From: Candidatus Latescibacterota bacterium
Lineage (GTDB): Bacteria; Latescibacterota; UBA2968; UBA8231
Reading direction: 5' to 3'
Assembly (NCBI GenBank): GCA_965242865.1
Contig: CBDETK010000013.1
Coordinates: 160,001 to 224,000, forward strand
Length of the DNA: 64,000 nt
In this document: positions 48,401-57,884 of the stretch, in pieces
How the letters are laid out: every line of letters starts with the position of its first letter
Position numbering within the stretch: position 1 is the stretch's first letter
Position numbers and translations under genes: made by a program
Notes under the pieces: model-generated
Databases searched by the model: none
The model's input: the letters and a program-made list of their open reading frames with translations, nothing else
What the model was told of the DNA's origin: nothing

Positions 48401-48958
48401 TCAAACGCGCTCTACGTATTCGCCGGTGCGGGTATCGACCTTGAGCCGGTCGCCCTTATTGACAAAGAGCGGCACTTGGACCACGTAGCCGGTCTCTAAG
48501 GTCGCTGGCTTGACCGCGCCGGTGGCGGTGTCGCCCTTGACCCCCGGTTCGGTGTGGGTGACGGCTAGGGAGACGAAGTTGGGTAGGTCAACGGCCACGA
48601 CCTCTTCGCCCGCTATGAGGAGGAAGGCGTTCTCGCTTTCTTTGAGGAGGTTGCTCGCCTCGCCGACGATCGCGGCGGACACCGGGATCTGATCGTAGGT
48701 GTCCAAGTTCATGAAGTAGTACAGCCCCTGATCGGAATACAGGTATTGCATCTGGTGCTTTTCGAGCCGGACTTGCTCGACTTTGTCCCCCGAACGGAAC
48801 GTGCGGTCGAGCACGGCCCCGGTCTTGGTATTCTTGAGTTTAGTGCGCACAAAGGCACTGCCCTTGCCCGGCTTGACGTGCTGAAACTCGACGATGGAGA
48901 AGATTTCGCCGTTGAGGTACATGGTAAAGCCGTTTCTAAAATCCGTGGTATCTGCCAT
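48401..48958 (-). CDS. efp: elongation factor P
   Basis: HVKPGKGSAFVR, PGVKGDT, DTRTGEYVER. Confidence 0.97.
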   Translation of the reverse strand: MADTTDFRNGFTMYLNGEIFSIVEFQHVKPGKGSAFVRTKLKNTKTGAVLDRTFRSGDKVEQVRLEKHQMQYLYSDQGLYYFMNLDTYDQIPVSAAIVGEASNLLKESENAFLLIAGEEVVAVDLPNFVSLAVTHTEPGVKGDTATGAVKPATLETGYVVQVPLFVNKGDRLKVDTRTGEYVERV

Positions 48959-48968
48959 ATCACTCCCG

Positions 48969-49841
48969 TTAGTGCGCTTTGCTGCCTCGTTCTAGCGAAG
49001 CCAGCTTGCTGCGAATGATGGGATTCGTCGGCTCCTGTTGGAGGAGCTCGCGGTACGTTTCAATCGCCTTCTGGGTCAGGCCCTGCGTGGTGTAGATTTC
49101 GGCCAGCGTCATGGTGGCGATGCGATTGTTTTTCGGTGTACTCGGCGTGCTGTCGGCCGCGGTGAGGGGCTCGCTAAGTGCCGGCGTCGGCTCGGTGGCT
49201 TTGTCCTCTTCAATAGCCTGCAAGAGGCGGCTCAATTCGCTGCCATTGGTGTCGCCGTACAGGTCCTCGCGGTCTTTTGGCGGCGGAGCGGGGGCCTTGG
49301 GCCCCGCGCTATCGGCGGGTTCTTCGGGTGTGGGCGCGGCTGGGGCAGAGTGCTCAAAGGTGTTGCCCGCTTCGGGTGTGGGCGCGGCTGGGGCGGCGGG
49401 ACGCCCTGAGTTGCCCGCTTCGGATTTGGGCGCGGCTCGGTCGGCTTGGCTAGCCAAGCGGTCGATCTGCTCGGCTAGGGAAGCGTCGAATGGGTCGAGG
49501 GCTGCGGCTTGGCGCAGGCTTTGCAAGACTCGGGGGGTGAGGCCGAGCCGCTCAAAGAGGTAAGCGAGGCGTTTGTGCCCGCTGGGGTTTTCCGGGTCGA
49601 GCCGCAGGGCTTGCTCCATGGCCTCGTGCGCTCCTTTTAGATCCCCCCGTTTCTCATGGCACTTGCTGAGGACAATAAAGCCGGTGGCGTAATCGGGAAA
49701 ACTCGCACAGCCCTTTTGGCAGAGCGCGAGGGCTTGCTCCACGCGCCCGCGCTTGAGGTAGAGATCGGCGAGGCGCGCAAAATGCGGGAAGCCCGGGTCG
49801 AGTCGGAATGCCTTTTCTAATTTGGTTATGGGATCGGCCAT
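48969..49841 (-). CDS. tetratricopeptide repeat protein
   Basis: N-terminal TPRs, low-complexity linker, C-terminal TMTLAEIY..QG...KAIE.Y. Confidence 0.8.
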   Translation of the reverse strand: MADPITKLEKAFRLDPGFPHFARLADLYLKRGRVEQALALCQKGCASFPDYATGFIVLSKCHEKRGDLKGAHEAMEQALRLDPENPSGHKRLAYLFERLGLTPRVLQSLRQAAALDPFDASLAEQIDRLASQADRAAPKSEAGNSGRPAAPAAPTPEAGNTFEHSAPAAPTPEEPADSAGPKAPAPPPKDREDLYGDTNGSELSRLLQAIEEDKATEPTPALSEPLTAADSTPSTPKNNRIATMTLAEIYTTQGLTQKAIETYRELLQQEPTNPIIRSKLASLERGSKAH

Positions 49842-49889
49842 TGGGAATGGGCGGTGCTGGCGGTGCTAAGGCGGCTGAAAAGAGAGGCT

Positions 49890-49918
49890 ATTTTATGCTT
49901 TGAACTGGGAAATGTCAA
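49890..49918 (-). promoter_or_regulatory. sigma70 promoter for TPR-efp-accB-accC-gcvH
   Basis: TTGACA-17 nt-TAAAAT. Confidence 0.72.
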
Positions 49919-49998
49919 GGATGGGGCCGGGCGATGGACAGGGGCTAATTTATAGAAAAGGGATGCGGAAGCAGGAAGCAGCGTCCGCACCCCAAAGA

Positions 49999-50074
<76 letters not shown>

Positions 50075-50105
50075 GCAGAAAATATCTGCACGAGTGGGCT
50101 GGCCG

Positions 50106-50918
50106 TCAATGCCGCGCCAATTCTGGGAATAGCTCGTCGTGGACTTCGGCGCATTGGCGCAAGTGGACCAGGCGCGCTGGGCTGGCGGTGTCGAGCATGG
50201 TGGGATAGAACATGCCGCCGCCGGTGACGACTTGGTAGCCGCCGGGCGAGTGCTGGCGGAGATAGTCCTTGAGGGTGGCCCGGTCGGCAGCGTTGGTGCA
50301 GGAGCGGGTGAGGTTCATGGTGAACATGCGCCGCCGTTGGTTACCGCCAAAGGAGGCGTGGTACAGGTCGTGATTGAAGATGACGAGGTCGCCCGGGGCC
50401 GTCTCGAGCGCGAGGTTGCCGGGAAAATCGCGCGGCTCCACGCCGAACAATTCCATGGATCTATTGAGATCAAGGCCCTCGGCGCGGACGAAGTGGTTGG
50501 GGTGGTGGCTGCCGGGGAGCAGGCGCAGACAGCCGGTGTCGCGGGTCAGCTCATCTAGATAGAAGGCGATTTTGACCGAGAAAAGCTGGCCCCAGTTGCC
50601 ATCGGGGTGCCAGCCGGTATCGCCGCTGTAGTAATTGCCGTCGCCGCTGGCGTAGTTGAAGTTCGCGCCGAGGACGCCGGTGCAAATTCCGCGGATGCGC
50701 TCGTCGTCTAGGAGGGCGCAAAGCCGCTCGCGGTGCTCAATGGGGCCGCCAAACATGGTGCGCTGGGTGCCGTCGTGTTGTGCGCCGTTGCCATGAGCTT
50801 GGATGGACTGCTCAAACTCAGCGGCGATCCAAGCGATCTCGCTGGGGGCAAAAAGCCGCGGGAAGTAGAGATAGCCAAAGGTCTTGAAGAAGCGAATCTG
50901 CGCGGGCGAAAGCTCCAT
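50106..50918 (-). CDS. phytanoyl-CoA dioxygenase family protein
   Basis: FFKTFGYL, WHPD (HxD), GCLRLLPGSH, GDLVIF...YHAS. Confidence 0.88.
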   Translation of the reverse strand: MELSPAQIRFFKTFGYLYFPRLFAPSEIAWIAAEFEQSIQAHGNGAQHDGTQRTMFGGPIEHRERLCALLDDERIRGICTGVLGANFNYASGDGNYYSGDTGWHPDGNWGQLFSVKIAFYLDELTRDTGCLRLLPGSHHPNHFVRAEGLDLNRSMELFGVEPRDFPGNLALETAPGDLVIFNHDLYHASFGGNQRRRMFTMNLTRSCTNAADRATLKDYLRQHSPGGYQVVTGGGMFYPTMLDTASPARLVHLRQCAEVHDELFPELARH

Positions 50919-50959
50919 GGTGAATCGTCTCCGGGTTCAACGCGCTGCGGGAACGCAGG

Positions 50960-51205
50960 TCAGCGGACTTCGGTGGAGGTGAGCTCCATGACGCCCAGGT
51001 ACTCGCAGAGGGCGCGGCCGTCTAAAGGCAGGTCGAGCACGTCGGAAAAGGGCCACATGTCCCCCTTGAGGAAGTCGATCGCCATCTGCCGTTCCTGATT
51101 GCAATCTGCGGTCTGCACGTCTTTGACGGCTTGGATGATGACGGCCGCGGCGAGCCGTCGGTGGCCGTCAAACCGGGCGCGATATGTGGTCTTTTTTCTG
51201 CTCAT
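50960..51205 (-). CDS. small hypothetical protein
   Basis: 81 aa ORF filling an intergenic gap; RRLAAAVIIQAVKD...AIDFL motif. Confidence 0.6.
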   Translation of the reverse strand: MSRKKTTYRARFDGHRRLAAAVIIQAVKDVQTADCNQERQMAIDFLKGDMWPFSDVLDLPLDGRALCEYLGVMELTSTEVR

Positions 51206-51256
51206 CTGCTTTCACTTCATTCCGCTAGAGTATGACGCCCTAAGTGCCCCTGAGTT

Positions 51257-52513
51257 TCACAGGTATAGCCCAATCACGCAGCCGGTGGCCATGGTCGCGA
51301 GCGTTCCGCCCACGAGCGAGCGCAGCCCTAGGCGCGCCAAGTCGCCGCGCCGCTCGGGTGCGATGCTGCCGATGCCGCCGATTATAATGGCCACGGAACC
51401 GAAATTGGCAAAGCCGCAGAGGGCGTACGTGGCAATGATGAACGAGCGCGTGCTCAAGGCGGCGTTGCCTTCCATCTGCTGGGCGAGCGCTAGGTACGCG
51501 ACAAATTCGTTGAGAATGGTCTTGAGGCCCATGATTTCGCCGACGAGCCGCGCTTCGCCCCAAGGAATCCCCATCAACCACGTCAGGGGGTGGAAGAGGA
51601 CCCCCGCTATGGTTTGTAAGCTCCAGCCGCTTGGGGTGCTATTGAACAGGGCGTCGAGGTAGCTCAGACCATAGTTGACTAGGGCGACGAGCCCGAGAAA
51701 GGCGACGAGCATGGCGAGGACGTTGAGCACCAAGTGCATGCCTTCGGCCGCGCCGCGGGCGGCCGCGTCGAGCCCATTGAGGGTGTCTTTGGGGGGCAGA
51801 GCGACCTTCTCTCGCGCTGTTTCCGCGGATTCCGTTTCTGGAATCATGAGCTTGGATACGGCGATGGCGGCCGGCGCGCTGATCAGCGAAGCGACCAAGA
51901 GGTGCCCGGCAATATCCGGGTGGACCGCCCCGAGCATGGTCGCATAAATGGTCATCACGGTGCCGGCGATGGTGGCCATGCCGCCGATCATCAGGCACAA
52001 CAACTCGCTTTCGGTGAGGCGGGCCACGTAAGGGCGAATAAGGAGCGGGGCTTCGGTCATGCCGAGAAAAATATTGGCGGTCATGCCGACGCTCTCGGCC
52101 GAGCTGATGCCCATGGACCGCTGCATGAAGCGGCTGAGCCGGGCGATGATCCAAGGCAGGAGCCGATAGTGGTAGAGCACCCTCGAAAGCGAGGCCACAA
52201 AGATGAGGATCGCCGCGATTTCGAGGGCGACGACCGGCCCGTGCTCGCGGACAAACGACTCCGCGCTCACGCCGCTAAACAGCAGCGACTCATTGGCGGT
52301 AAGCGCGGTTTTTTTGAGCAGGGTCGTCAAATCGCTGGCGAGGCCAAACACCAGCGGACGGATGGCCGGTTGCAGCAGAAGGGCCGCCAGTAGGAGCTGG
52401 AGCACCGTGGCCACGCCGAGGGTTTTCCAAGAAATGGAGCGGGTGCGGCGGCCGCTGAGGTAGGCAATGGCGAGGAGAACGCAGTAGCCTAAGGCACTGT
52501 GGACAATTAACAT
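51257..52513 (-). CDS. NupC/CNT family nucleoside transporter
   Basis: NIFLGMTEAPLLIRPY, GGMATIAG, NEFVAY, YALCGFANFGS. Confidence 0.93.
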   Translation of the reverse strand: MLIVHSALGYCVLLAIAYLSGRRTRSISWKTLGVATVLQLLLAALLLQPAIRPLVFGLASDLTTLLKKTALTANESLLFSGVSAESFVREHGPVVALEIAAILIFVASLSRVLYHYRLLPWIIARLSRFMQRSMGISSAESVGMTANIFLGMTEAPLLIRPYVARLTESELLCLMIGGMATIAGTVMTIYATMLGAVHPDIAGHLLVASLISAPAAIAVSKLMIPETESAETAREKVALPPKDTLNGLDAAARGAAEGMHLVLNVLAMLVAFLGLVALVNYGLSYLDALFNSTPSGWSLQTIAGVLFHPLTWLMGIPWGEARLVGEIMGLKTILNEFVAYLALAQQMEGNAALSTRSFIIATYALCGFANFGSVAIIIGGIGSIAPERRGDLARLGLRSLVGGTLATMATGCVIGLYL

Positions 52514-52595
52514 AACATCCTAAAAAATAAAGGGTAAAACCGAAAAAAGTCAATCGCAGCACCCGCGGCGTCACGCCTTCGGTTGAGGGCGTTGA

Positions 52596-53330
52596 TCACG
52601 GCGAAGGTGCGCCGCGGTCTTGGGGTGCCCAGCCGACGAGTTCCTTGGCGTTGGCGAGGTCCCACTTTTTGTCCGCGCCGAGTGAAACGCCGTAGAAGAT
52701 GCCGAATTGGGGCCGGGGGGCCTCGATGCAGCAAGCGGTCAGCTCGGAGACATCGCGGGCACTGAGCCAGCGGTTTTCGCCGGGGGGATAGGCGCTGTTG
52801 ACCTCTTCGGTGTCGGGATAGTTGGCGATGCGGAGGCAGTACGCGGAGATGCCGTATTGGTCGTAGTAGAAGCGGCCGAGGGCTTCGCCAAAAGCCTTGC
52901 TGACGCCGTACATGCTGTCCGGGCGAATCGGCATGTCCGGGGTGGTGTAGATGCCTTCTTGCTCGTAAAAGCCCGTCACGTGATTGGTGCTGGCAAAGAC
53001 GACGACCGGGACCTTGTTGATGCGGGCGGCCTCAAAGATGTTGTAGGTCCCTTGGATGTTGGTCTCCATGATCATCTGGTTGTAGCGCGTACGCGGATAG
53101 CCCCGCTGGGTAATCGCGATGCCGAGGTGGACGATGGTGTCGATGCCTTCGCAGGCCTCGACCATGTTCTCGAAATTGGCGAGGTCGGACACCACGATCT
53201 CGTCGTTGGGTTCCACCGAGGGGATGTTGCGGTGGAACAGCAGGCGAAAGTCGTAGCGGTCTTTGAGGTGGCGGCGCAGGCCGGACCCAACTTTGCCGGC
53301 CGCGCCGGTGATGAAAAGTTTCTTTTTCAT
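52596..53330 (-). CDS. NAD(P)-dependent oxidoreductase (uronate dehydrogenase-like SDR)
   Basis: ITGAAGKVG, FASTNHVTG, YGVSKAFGE, WLSARD. Confidence 0.85.
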   Translation of the reverse strand: MKKKLFITGAAGKVGSGLRRHLKDRYDFRLLFHRNIPSVEPNDEIVVSDLANFENMVEACEGIDTIVHLGIAITQRGYPRTRYNQMIMETNIQGTYNIFEAARINKVPVVVFASTNHVTGFYEQEGIYTTPDMPIRPDSMYGVSKAFGEALGRFYYDQYGISAYCLRIANYPDTEEVNSAYPPGENRWLSARDVSELTACCIEAPRPQFGIFYGVSLGADKKWDLANAKELVGWAPQDRGAPSP

Positions 53331-53385
53331 GGCTCTTTCCTGTGGTTGCTATGGGTGGTAGATGGCGGAGACTTATGTGCTCCGC

Positions 53386-55956
53386 TTAAAAAGAAACAGT
53401 CGCGGTCATTGAAACCGTCCGCGGCGCGCCGAGCCAAGCCGCGTTCTCGGTGATGGAGGACAGGTAAGCCCGGTCGAGCAGGTTGTTCGCCACCATCGAG
53501 AACTCCGTTGATCGGAGCAAGGCCCCCAGGGCCTCGCCTGAAAAACCGAAATAAGCGTCCACCAGCCAATAGGCGTCCGCGTACCAGTCGGCCAGCAGGC
53601 TGACGCGCCGCGCCGCAGTGTACTTGGCCGTCAATCCCGTGCGGACCGGCCCGGTCCGGTCGAGCGAGACGACCCACAGCTCGTCCGGGATGCCGGCGAC
53701 GTCACTCCCCGCCACGATATTCTGCTCGGCATCGACGAGGGGATCGCCGCTCCCAATGTACTCCGAGTTGTTGAAGGTGTAGGCCGTGTACAAGGATAGC
53801 AGCTGCGGCAGCCGCACCGTGGCTGAGAACTCAAAGCCGTTGGTGCGGATGCCGCCGGCATTGAAGTAAGCCCCGCCGCCCGGAATGAGGTAGTTGGGAC
53901 CGGCTGTCGTTTGCGGCCCGAGGTAGAAAATCCGGTTCTGAAAATCGACGATGTAGCCCGTGGCGCCGAGGGCCACCCAATCGCCGGCGTACTGGAGTCC
54001 GACATCAATGTTTGCGGAGGTTTCCGGTTCGAGCGCGTCGAGGCTCCGGCCCGGGACCTCGAGGAGGGTGCTGCTGATCGCCTTGAAATTTTCAACATAC
54101 CCGCCGAAAAGGTGCAGGCCCTCGATCGGCGTCTCGTACGTGACGCCGCCGGAAAAGAGCAGGTTTGAATCGGAATCGGCCCCGAGCTCCGGGTCAATGC
54201 CAAACGAGTCCTCGCGCGACACCCGCACCAAGAACTGCTTGACGCCGCCGCTTAGGGTAAACGGGGCGGCGTAGAGCGTCTCCTCGGCGTACCACTTGAA
54301 CACGCGCTGCGGGAAATCCCACTCGTACTGGTGCCAGTAGGCCCGCTCGTTCCACTCGAAGCTGAGCGCCGGATCCAGCACCTGATGCCAGTCTCGGCCC
54401 AAGTCCCGCCGCGAGTTTTCGTACCAGATGCCGGCGCGCAGGGTGCTGCCGGCCGCGCCGACGGTGGTGAACCACTCCCCGTCGAGGGTCGCGCCGCGGC
54501 GGTCTTTCCCGTAGTGGCTGTGGCGGTACGACTGCACCGCAGTAGCATCCGGGTGGCACGCCGGATCGACCTCCGGGCCGCCTGCTCCATAGTAGTTGAA
54601 GATGTAGGACGACGTGCAGCCGGGCGTCGGTCCGACTGCGACGCCATCCCGGTCCACGAAACGGATCGGCCCGTGTGCTGTGCCGCCGCGCACTGGGCCT
54701 CGGCCCAGCAACTCCGATTCCGGGCCGAGGCCATCGTCGGTGACATCGGCGATGAAGGGAGGCAGCCAATCGCCGCGGCCCCGATTGCGATGAACATAGA
54801 GGCCGCCGCTCAGCGAGGTGACGTCGTCGAGCGACCAGTCCGCCTTCAGGTAGGCGAACGCGTTGTTTCGCTGGGTCTGCCAGCCGGGCCGGTAGAACTG
54901 GTTCAGGTACGGGACGCCGGGCCAGTCGCCGACGAGGCGGTCCCAACGCGGGTTGGCCGAGAAGTCGGCCTCGCTGTAGAGCCGCTGGTACACGTCTTCA
55001 TGGATGCTGTCGTACGAGATATGGCTGGTCAGTTCGAGGCGTCCGTGCGCTGAGACCAGCTTGGCGGCCGCGTGTTCCCGTTCGTTCCGCGCCGAACCCT
55101 GCACCCAGTCGGTCGCCTCCTGTCGGACCGCGGCGAGCCACGCACGGGTCTCGCGGCCAAACAGCGGGCCGGTGTCGAGGCGCAGGTAGAACCGCTTGCC
55201 GTTGTGCTCGCCGATGGTGGTAGACGCTGTGTAAGTCCGCTCGGCCGCTGGATCGTCCGTCAGGTAATTGAAGGTGCCGCCCAGTGCTTCGACCGACCGG
55301 GAGGCGATGTCGGCCGTGCCTTGGGACACCTCGACGTCCCCGAGGTTCATCGGGTCGATGAACCGATTCGCCTTGGCGCCGCTGAAGTAATCGGATGTAC
55401 CGTTCGGGAACCCATCGATGGTCGTGCCGATCTGCGCCTCGCTGATGGTCACTTGGAAGCCGCGCATGGCGACGTTGCTCGACCAGTCGTCAAAGCCGTA
55501 TGCATCGCCCTCTTGGATGGATACTCCGGGCAGGTTGTCGACCACCGACGTCACGCTGGTGATGTTCGATTGCTGCCGCAGCATCGGCTCGGCCACGACA
55601 TTGCGCGCGAAGATCCGGGGCTGCTCGGCCACGACGCTGATTCCCTCGAGTCCTAAGACGCTCGGTTCCAACCGCACGTCGAGCGTGGTGACGCCCGGGC
55701 TTATCGTCCGTCGCTTTGGGTGGAATCCCAAAGAGGAAAAAATTAGAACGTCCTCCACAGACCTAAGCTCAATCGAATAGGCTCCATCCTCGTCCGTCGC
55801 CGTCCCGATGAATGTGCCCTCAATGACAACCGTTCCGCCCGGTAGGGCCTCGCCGGTATCATCCGAAACCACGGTCCCTGAAACCGTAATCTGCCCTTGG
55901 GCCTCTTGGGCTAGCGGCACAACGAATGCGACGACAAGGATGCGGACGAATTTCAT
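53386..55956 (-). CDS. TonB-dependent receptor with N-terminal carboxypeptidase-like domain
   Basis: Signal peptide, plug domain (NLPGV), LEPETSANIDVG, NLLDRAY...GAPRT, terminal Phe. Confidence 0.9.
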   Translation of the reverse strand: MKFVRILVVAFVVPLAQEAQGQITVSGTVVSDDTGEALPGGTVVIEGTFIGTATDEDGAYSIELRSVEDVLIFSSLGFHPKRRTISPGVTTLDVRLEPSVLGLEGISVVAEQPRIFARNVVAEPMLRQQSNITSVTSVVDNLPGVSIQEGDAYGFDDWSSNVAMRGFQVTISEAQIGTTIDGFPNGTSDYFSGAKANRFIDPMNLGDVEVSQGTADIASRSVEALGGTFNYLTDDPAAERTYTASTTIGEHNGKRFYLRLDTGPLFGRETRAWLAAVRQEATDWVQGSARNEREHAAAKLVSAHGRLELTSHISYDSIHEDVYQRLYSEADFSANPRWDRLVGDWPGVPYLNQFYRPGWQTQRNNAFAYLKADWSLDDVTSLSGGLYVHRNRGRGDWLPPFIADVTDDGLGPESELLGRGPVRGGTAHGPIRFVDRDGVAVGPTPGCTSSYIFNYYGAGGPEVDPACHPDATAVQSYRHSHYGKDRRGATLDGEWFTTVGAAGSTLRAGIWYENSRRDLGRDWHQVLDPALSFEWNERAYWHQYEWDFPQRVFKWYAEETLYAAPFTLSGGVKQFLVRVSREDSFGIDPELGADSDSNLLFSGGVTYETPIEGLHLFGGYVENFKAISSTLLEVPGRSLDALEPETSANIDVGLQYAGDWVALGATGYIVDFQNRIFYLGPQTTAGPNYLIPGGGAYFNAGGIRTNGFEFSATVRLPQLLSLYTAYTFNNSEYIGSGDPLVDAEQNIVAGSDVAGIPDELWVVSLDRTGPVRTGLTAKYTAARRVSLLADWYADAYWLVDAYFGFSGEALGALLRSTEFSMVANNLLDRAYLSSITENAAWLGAPRTVSMTATVSF

Positions 55957-55991
55957 GTGACCTCCTGCGATTGGGTGCAAACCCTAATTTA

Positions 55992-56285
55992 ACGTGAGTT
56001 CGGGTTAAGGTGAGGGTCTCCTTTTTGGCTAAACCCGAGCCAACATGAAAAAGCACCCCCTGTCCCGCGCAGACCAACACCTGCTGCGTAAACGAACCTT
56101 GATCGAAACCATCACCGGTCAACTTAAAAATATCGCCCAGATTGAGCACACCAGACACCGAAGCCCAATCAATTTTATGGTCCATCTCATCAGCGGATTA
56201 GTCGCCTACGCTCACCAACCCAAAAAACCCACCCTAAAAACCAACAGGCCCAGCCAATCAGAGGCCGGTTAACCCGAACTCACGT
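55992..56285 (+). mobile_element. IS982-family internally deleted element (MITE-like)
   Basis: Perfect 17-bp terminal inverted repeats ACGTGAGTTCGGGTTAA (55992-56008) and TTAACCCGAACTCACGT (56269-56285) enclosing a transposase C-terminus. Confidence 0.8.
56045..56272 (+). pseudogene. IS982-family transposase C-terminal fragment
   Basis: [41 protein letters not shown]...PKKP. Confidence 0.8.
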
Positions 56286-56406
56286 GTTGCTTACCTTGCC
56301 GCCGGCCGTTCTTAACGGCATCTTGATGACTACAGCGTGGACAGGGCATCATGAGCAGAATATACCAACGCCGAATTTCGCCCACACAATCCAGAAACGA
56401 AAGACG

Positions 56407-57207
56407 ATGCAAAGCGATTCCGCATTCTCAGAATTAGTTGCTATCATGGCGCGTCTGCGCGGCCCCGACGGCTGCCCTTGGGACCGCAAGCAGACGCACG
56501 CCACGCTCAGGCCCTACCTGTTGGAGGAGGCGTACGAGGCCCTCGAAGCCATTGACTCAGAAGACGATGCCGAGCTGTGCAAGGAACTCGGCGATGTGTT
56601 GCTGCAAGTGGTGTTCCACGCCCAGATCGCGGCCGAGGAGGGCCGCTTCGACATCGAGGCGGTCGGCCAAGCCATCGTCGATAAGCTGATTCGCCGCCAT
56701 CCCCACGTCTTCGGCGATGCGAGCGTAGAAGGGGCTGACGAGGTTTTGCGCCGCTGGGAGCAGATCAAAAAACAGGAGCGTCGGGAGCAGGGGGAAGCCG
56801 CCCCTTCATTGCTGGAGGGCATTCCCAAGCCCCTCCCGGCCCTAATGCGCGCCCAGCGGGTCCAAGCGCGCGTTGCCCAGCAGGGGTTTGACTGGGACGA
56901 CGCGGCTGGAGCACTCGCCAAGGTCGAAGAGGAATTCGCCGAAGTGCGCCAGGCTTGGGAGCAGGGGAAAGCCGCGGCCATTGAAGAGGAGTTTGGCGAC
57001 TTGCTCTTTTCGTTGGTCAACGCCAGCCGCTTCCTCAAGGTAGAGCCCGAGCAGGCCCTTCGACGGGCCGTCGCCAAGTTCGAGCGCCGCTTCCGCGCCC
57101 TAGAGGAGGCCGTGCATGCGCGCGGCGAGGAAGTGGCCGCGCTCTCGCTGGCCGCTCTAGACGAGATATGGGACGAGGTAAAAGCGCGCGAAAGGGCTGA
57201 AGCATAG
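56407..57207 (+). CDS. mazG: nucleoside triphosphate pyrophosphohydrolase
   Basis: LRGPDGCPWD.KQT, LLEEAYE, ELGDVLLQVVFH, EEFGDLLF. Confidence 0.95.
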   Translation: MQSDSAFSELVAIMARLRGPDGCPWDRKQTHATLRPYLLEEAYEALEAIDSEDDAELCKELGDVLLQVVFHAQIAAEEGRFDIEAVGQAIVDKLIRRHPHVFGDASVEGADEVLRRWEQIKKQERREQGEAAPSLLEGIPKPLPALMRAQRVQARVAQQGFDWDDAAGALAKVEEEFAEVRQAWEQGKAAAIEEEFGDLLFSLVNASRFLKVEPEQALRRAVAKFERRFRALEEAVHARGEEVAALSLAALDEIWDEVKARERAEA

Positions 57208-57215
57208 GAGGCGTC

Positions 57216-57884
57216 ATGGAGGTTCCCCTGCGCGTTGACGTGCTCTTTTTCGCCGCGGTCTTGGGCGTCTTGGTGCTTGCGGTGTTGGCCGTGCGTGCGG
57301 CCGCCCAGCGCGCCGGCCACCCCAGCGACCTGTGGACGATGCGGGCCGCTATTGGAGTGGGGATCTGGTTGGCCGCGACCGGACTGGCCGCGCTGTCGGG
57401 CGCGGTGCGCGGCTTTTCGCTGCCCCTGTTCACCGCCTTGATGCTCCTAACGGGTGGCGCGGCCTTTTCGCGGGTGGGGGCCGCGCTGGTGGCGGCCGTT
57501 GGCCCGGTTGGGCTGATAGGCTTCCAGTTTTTCCGCGTGCCGGTGGCCCTGTTCTTGCGAGGCATGCATCAGGCCGGGCAGGTGCCGGTTCAGGTGACCT
57601 ACGAAGGGCTCAACTTCGACATCTTCGTCGGCTTGACCGCGCCGGCCATGGCGTGGCTGGTCTGGCGCGGCAAGGCGCGGCAAGGCGCGATATGGGTGTG
57701 GAATGGGTTTGGACTGGTGCTACTGGTCGAGGGGCTCGCCATCGCGGCTCTGGCCATGCCGGAGCCAGCCAGCGCGTTCTCGACTCCCTACGTCTGGCTG
57801 CCCACGGTCTTGGCCCCAGCCGCCCTAGGCGGTCATTTGTTGGTAGTGCGCTGGCTGTGGTCGAGTTGCTCTCGGTCGAGGTAA
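57216..57884 (+). CDS. hypothetical integral membrane protein
   Basis: GGAGG RBS; about 7 hydrophobic segments; FQFFRVPV, NFDIFVGLTA, YVWLPTVLAP. Confidence 0.7.
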   Translation: MEVPLRVDVLFFAAVLGVLVLAVLAVRAAAQRAGHPSDLWTMRAAIGVGIWLAATGLAALSGAVRGFSLPLFTALMLLTGGAAFSRVGAALVAAVGPVGLIGFQFFRVPVALFLRGMHQAGQVPVQVTYEGLNFDIFVGLTAPAMAWLVWRGKARQGAIWVWNGFGLVLLVEGLAIAALAMPEPASAFSTPYVWLPTVLAPAALGGHLLVVRWLWSSCSRSR

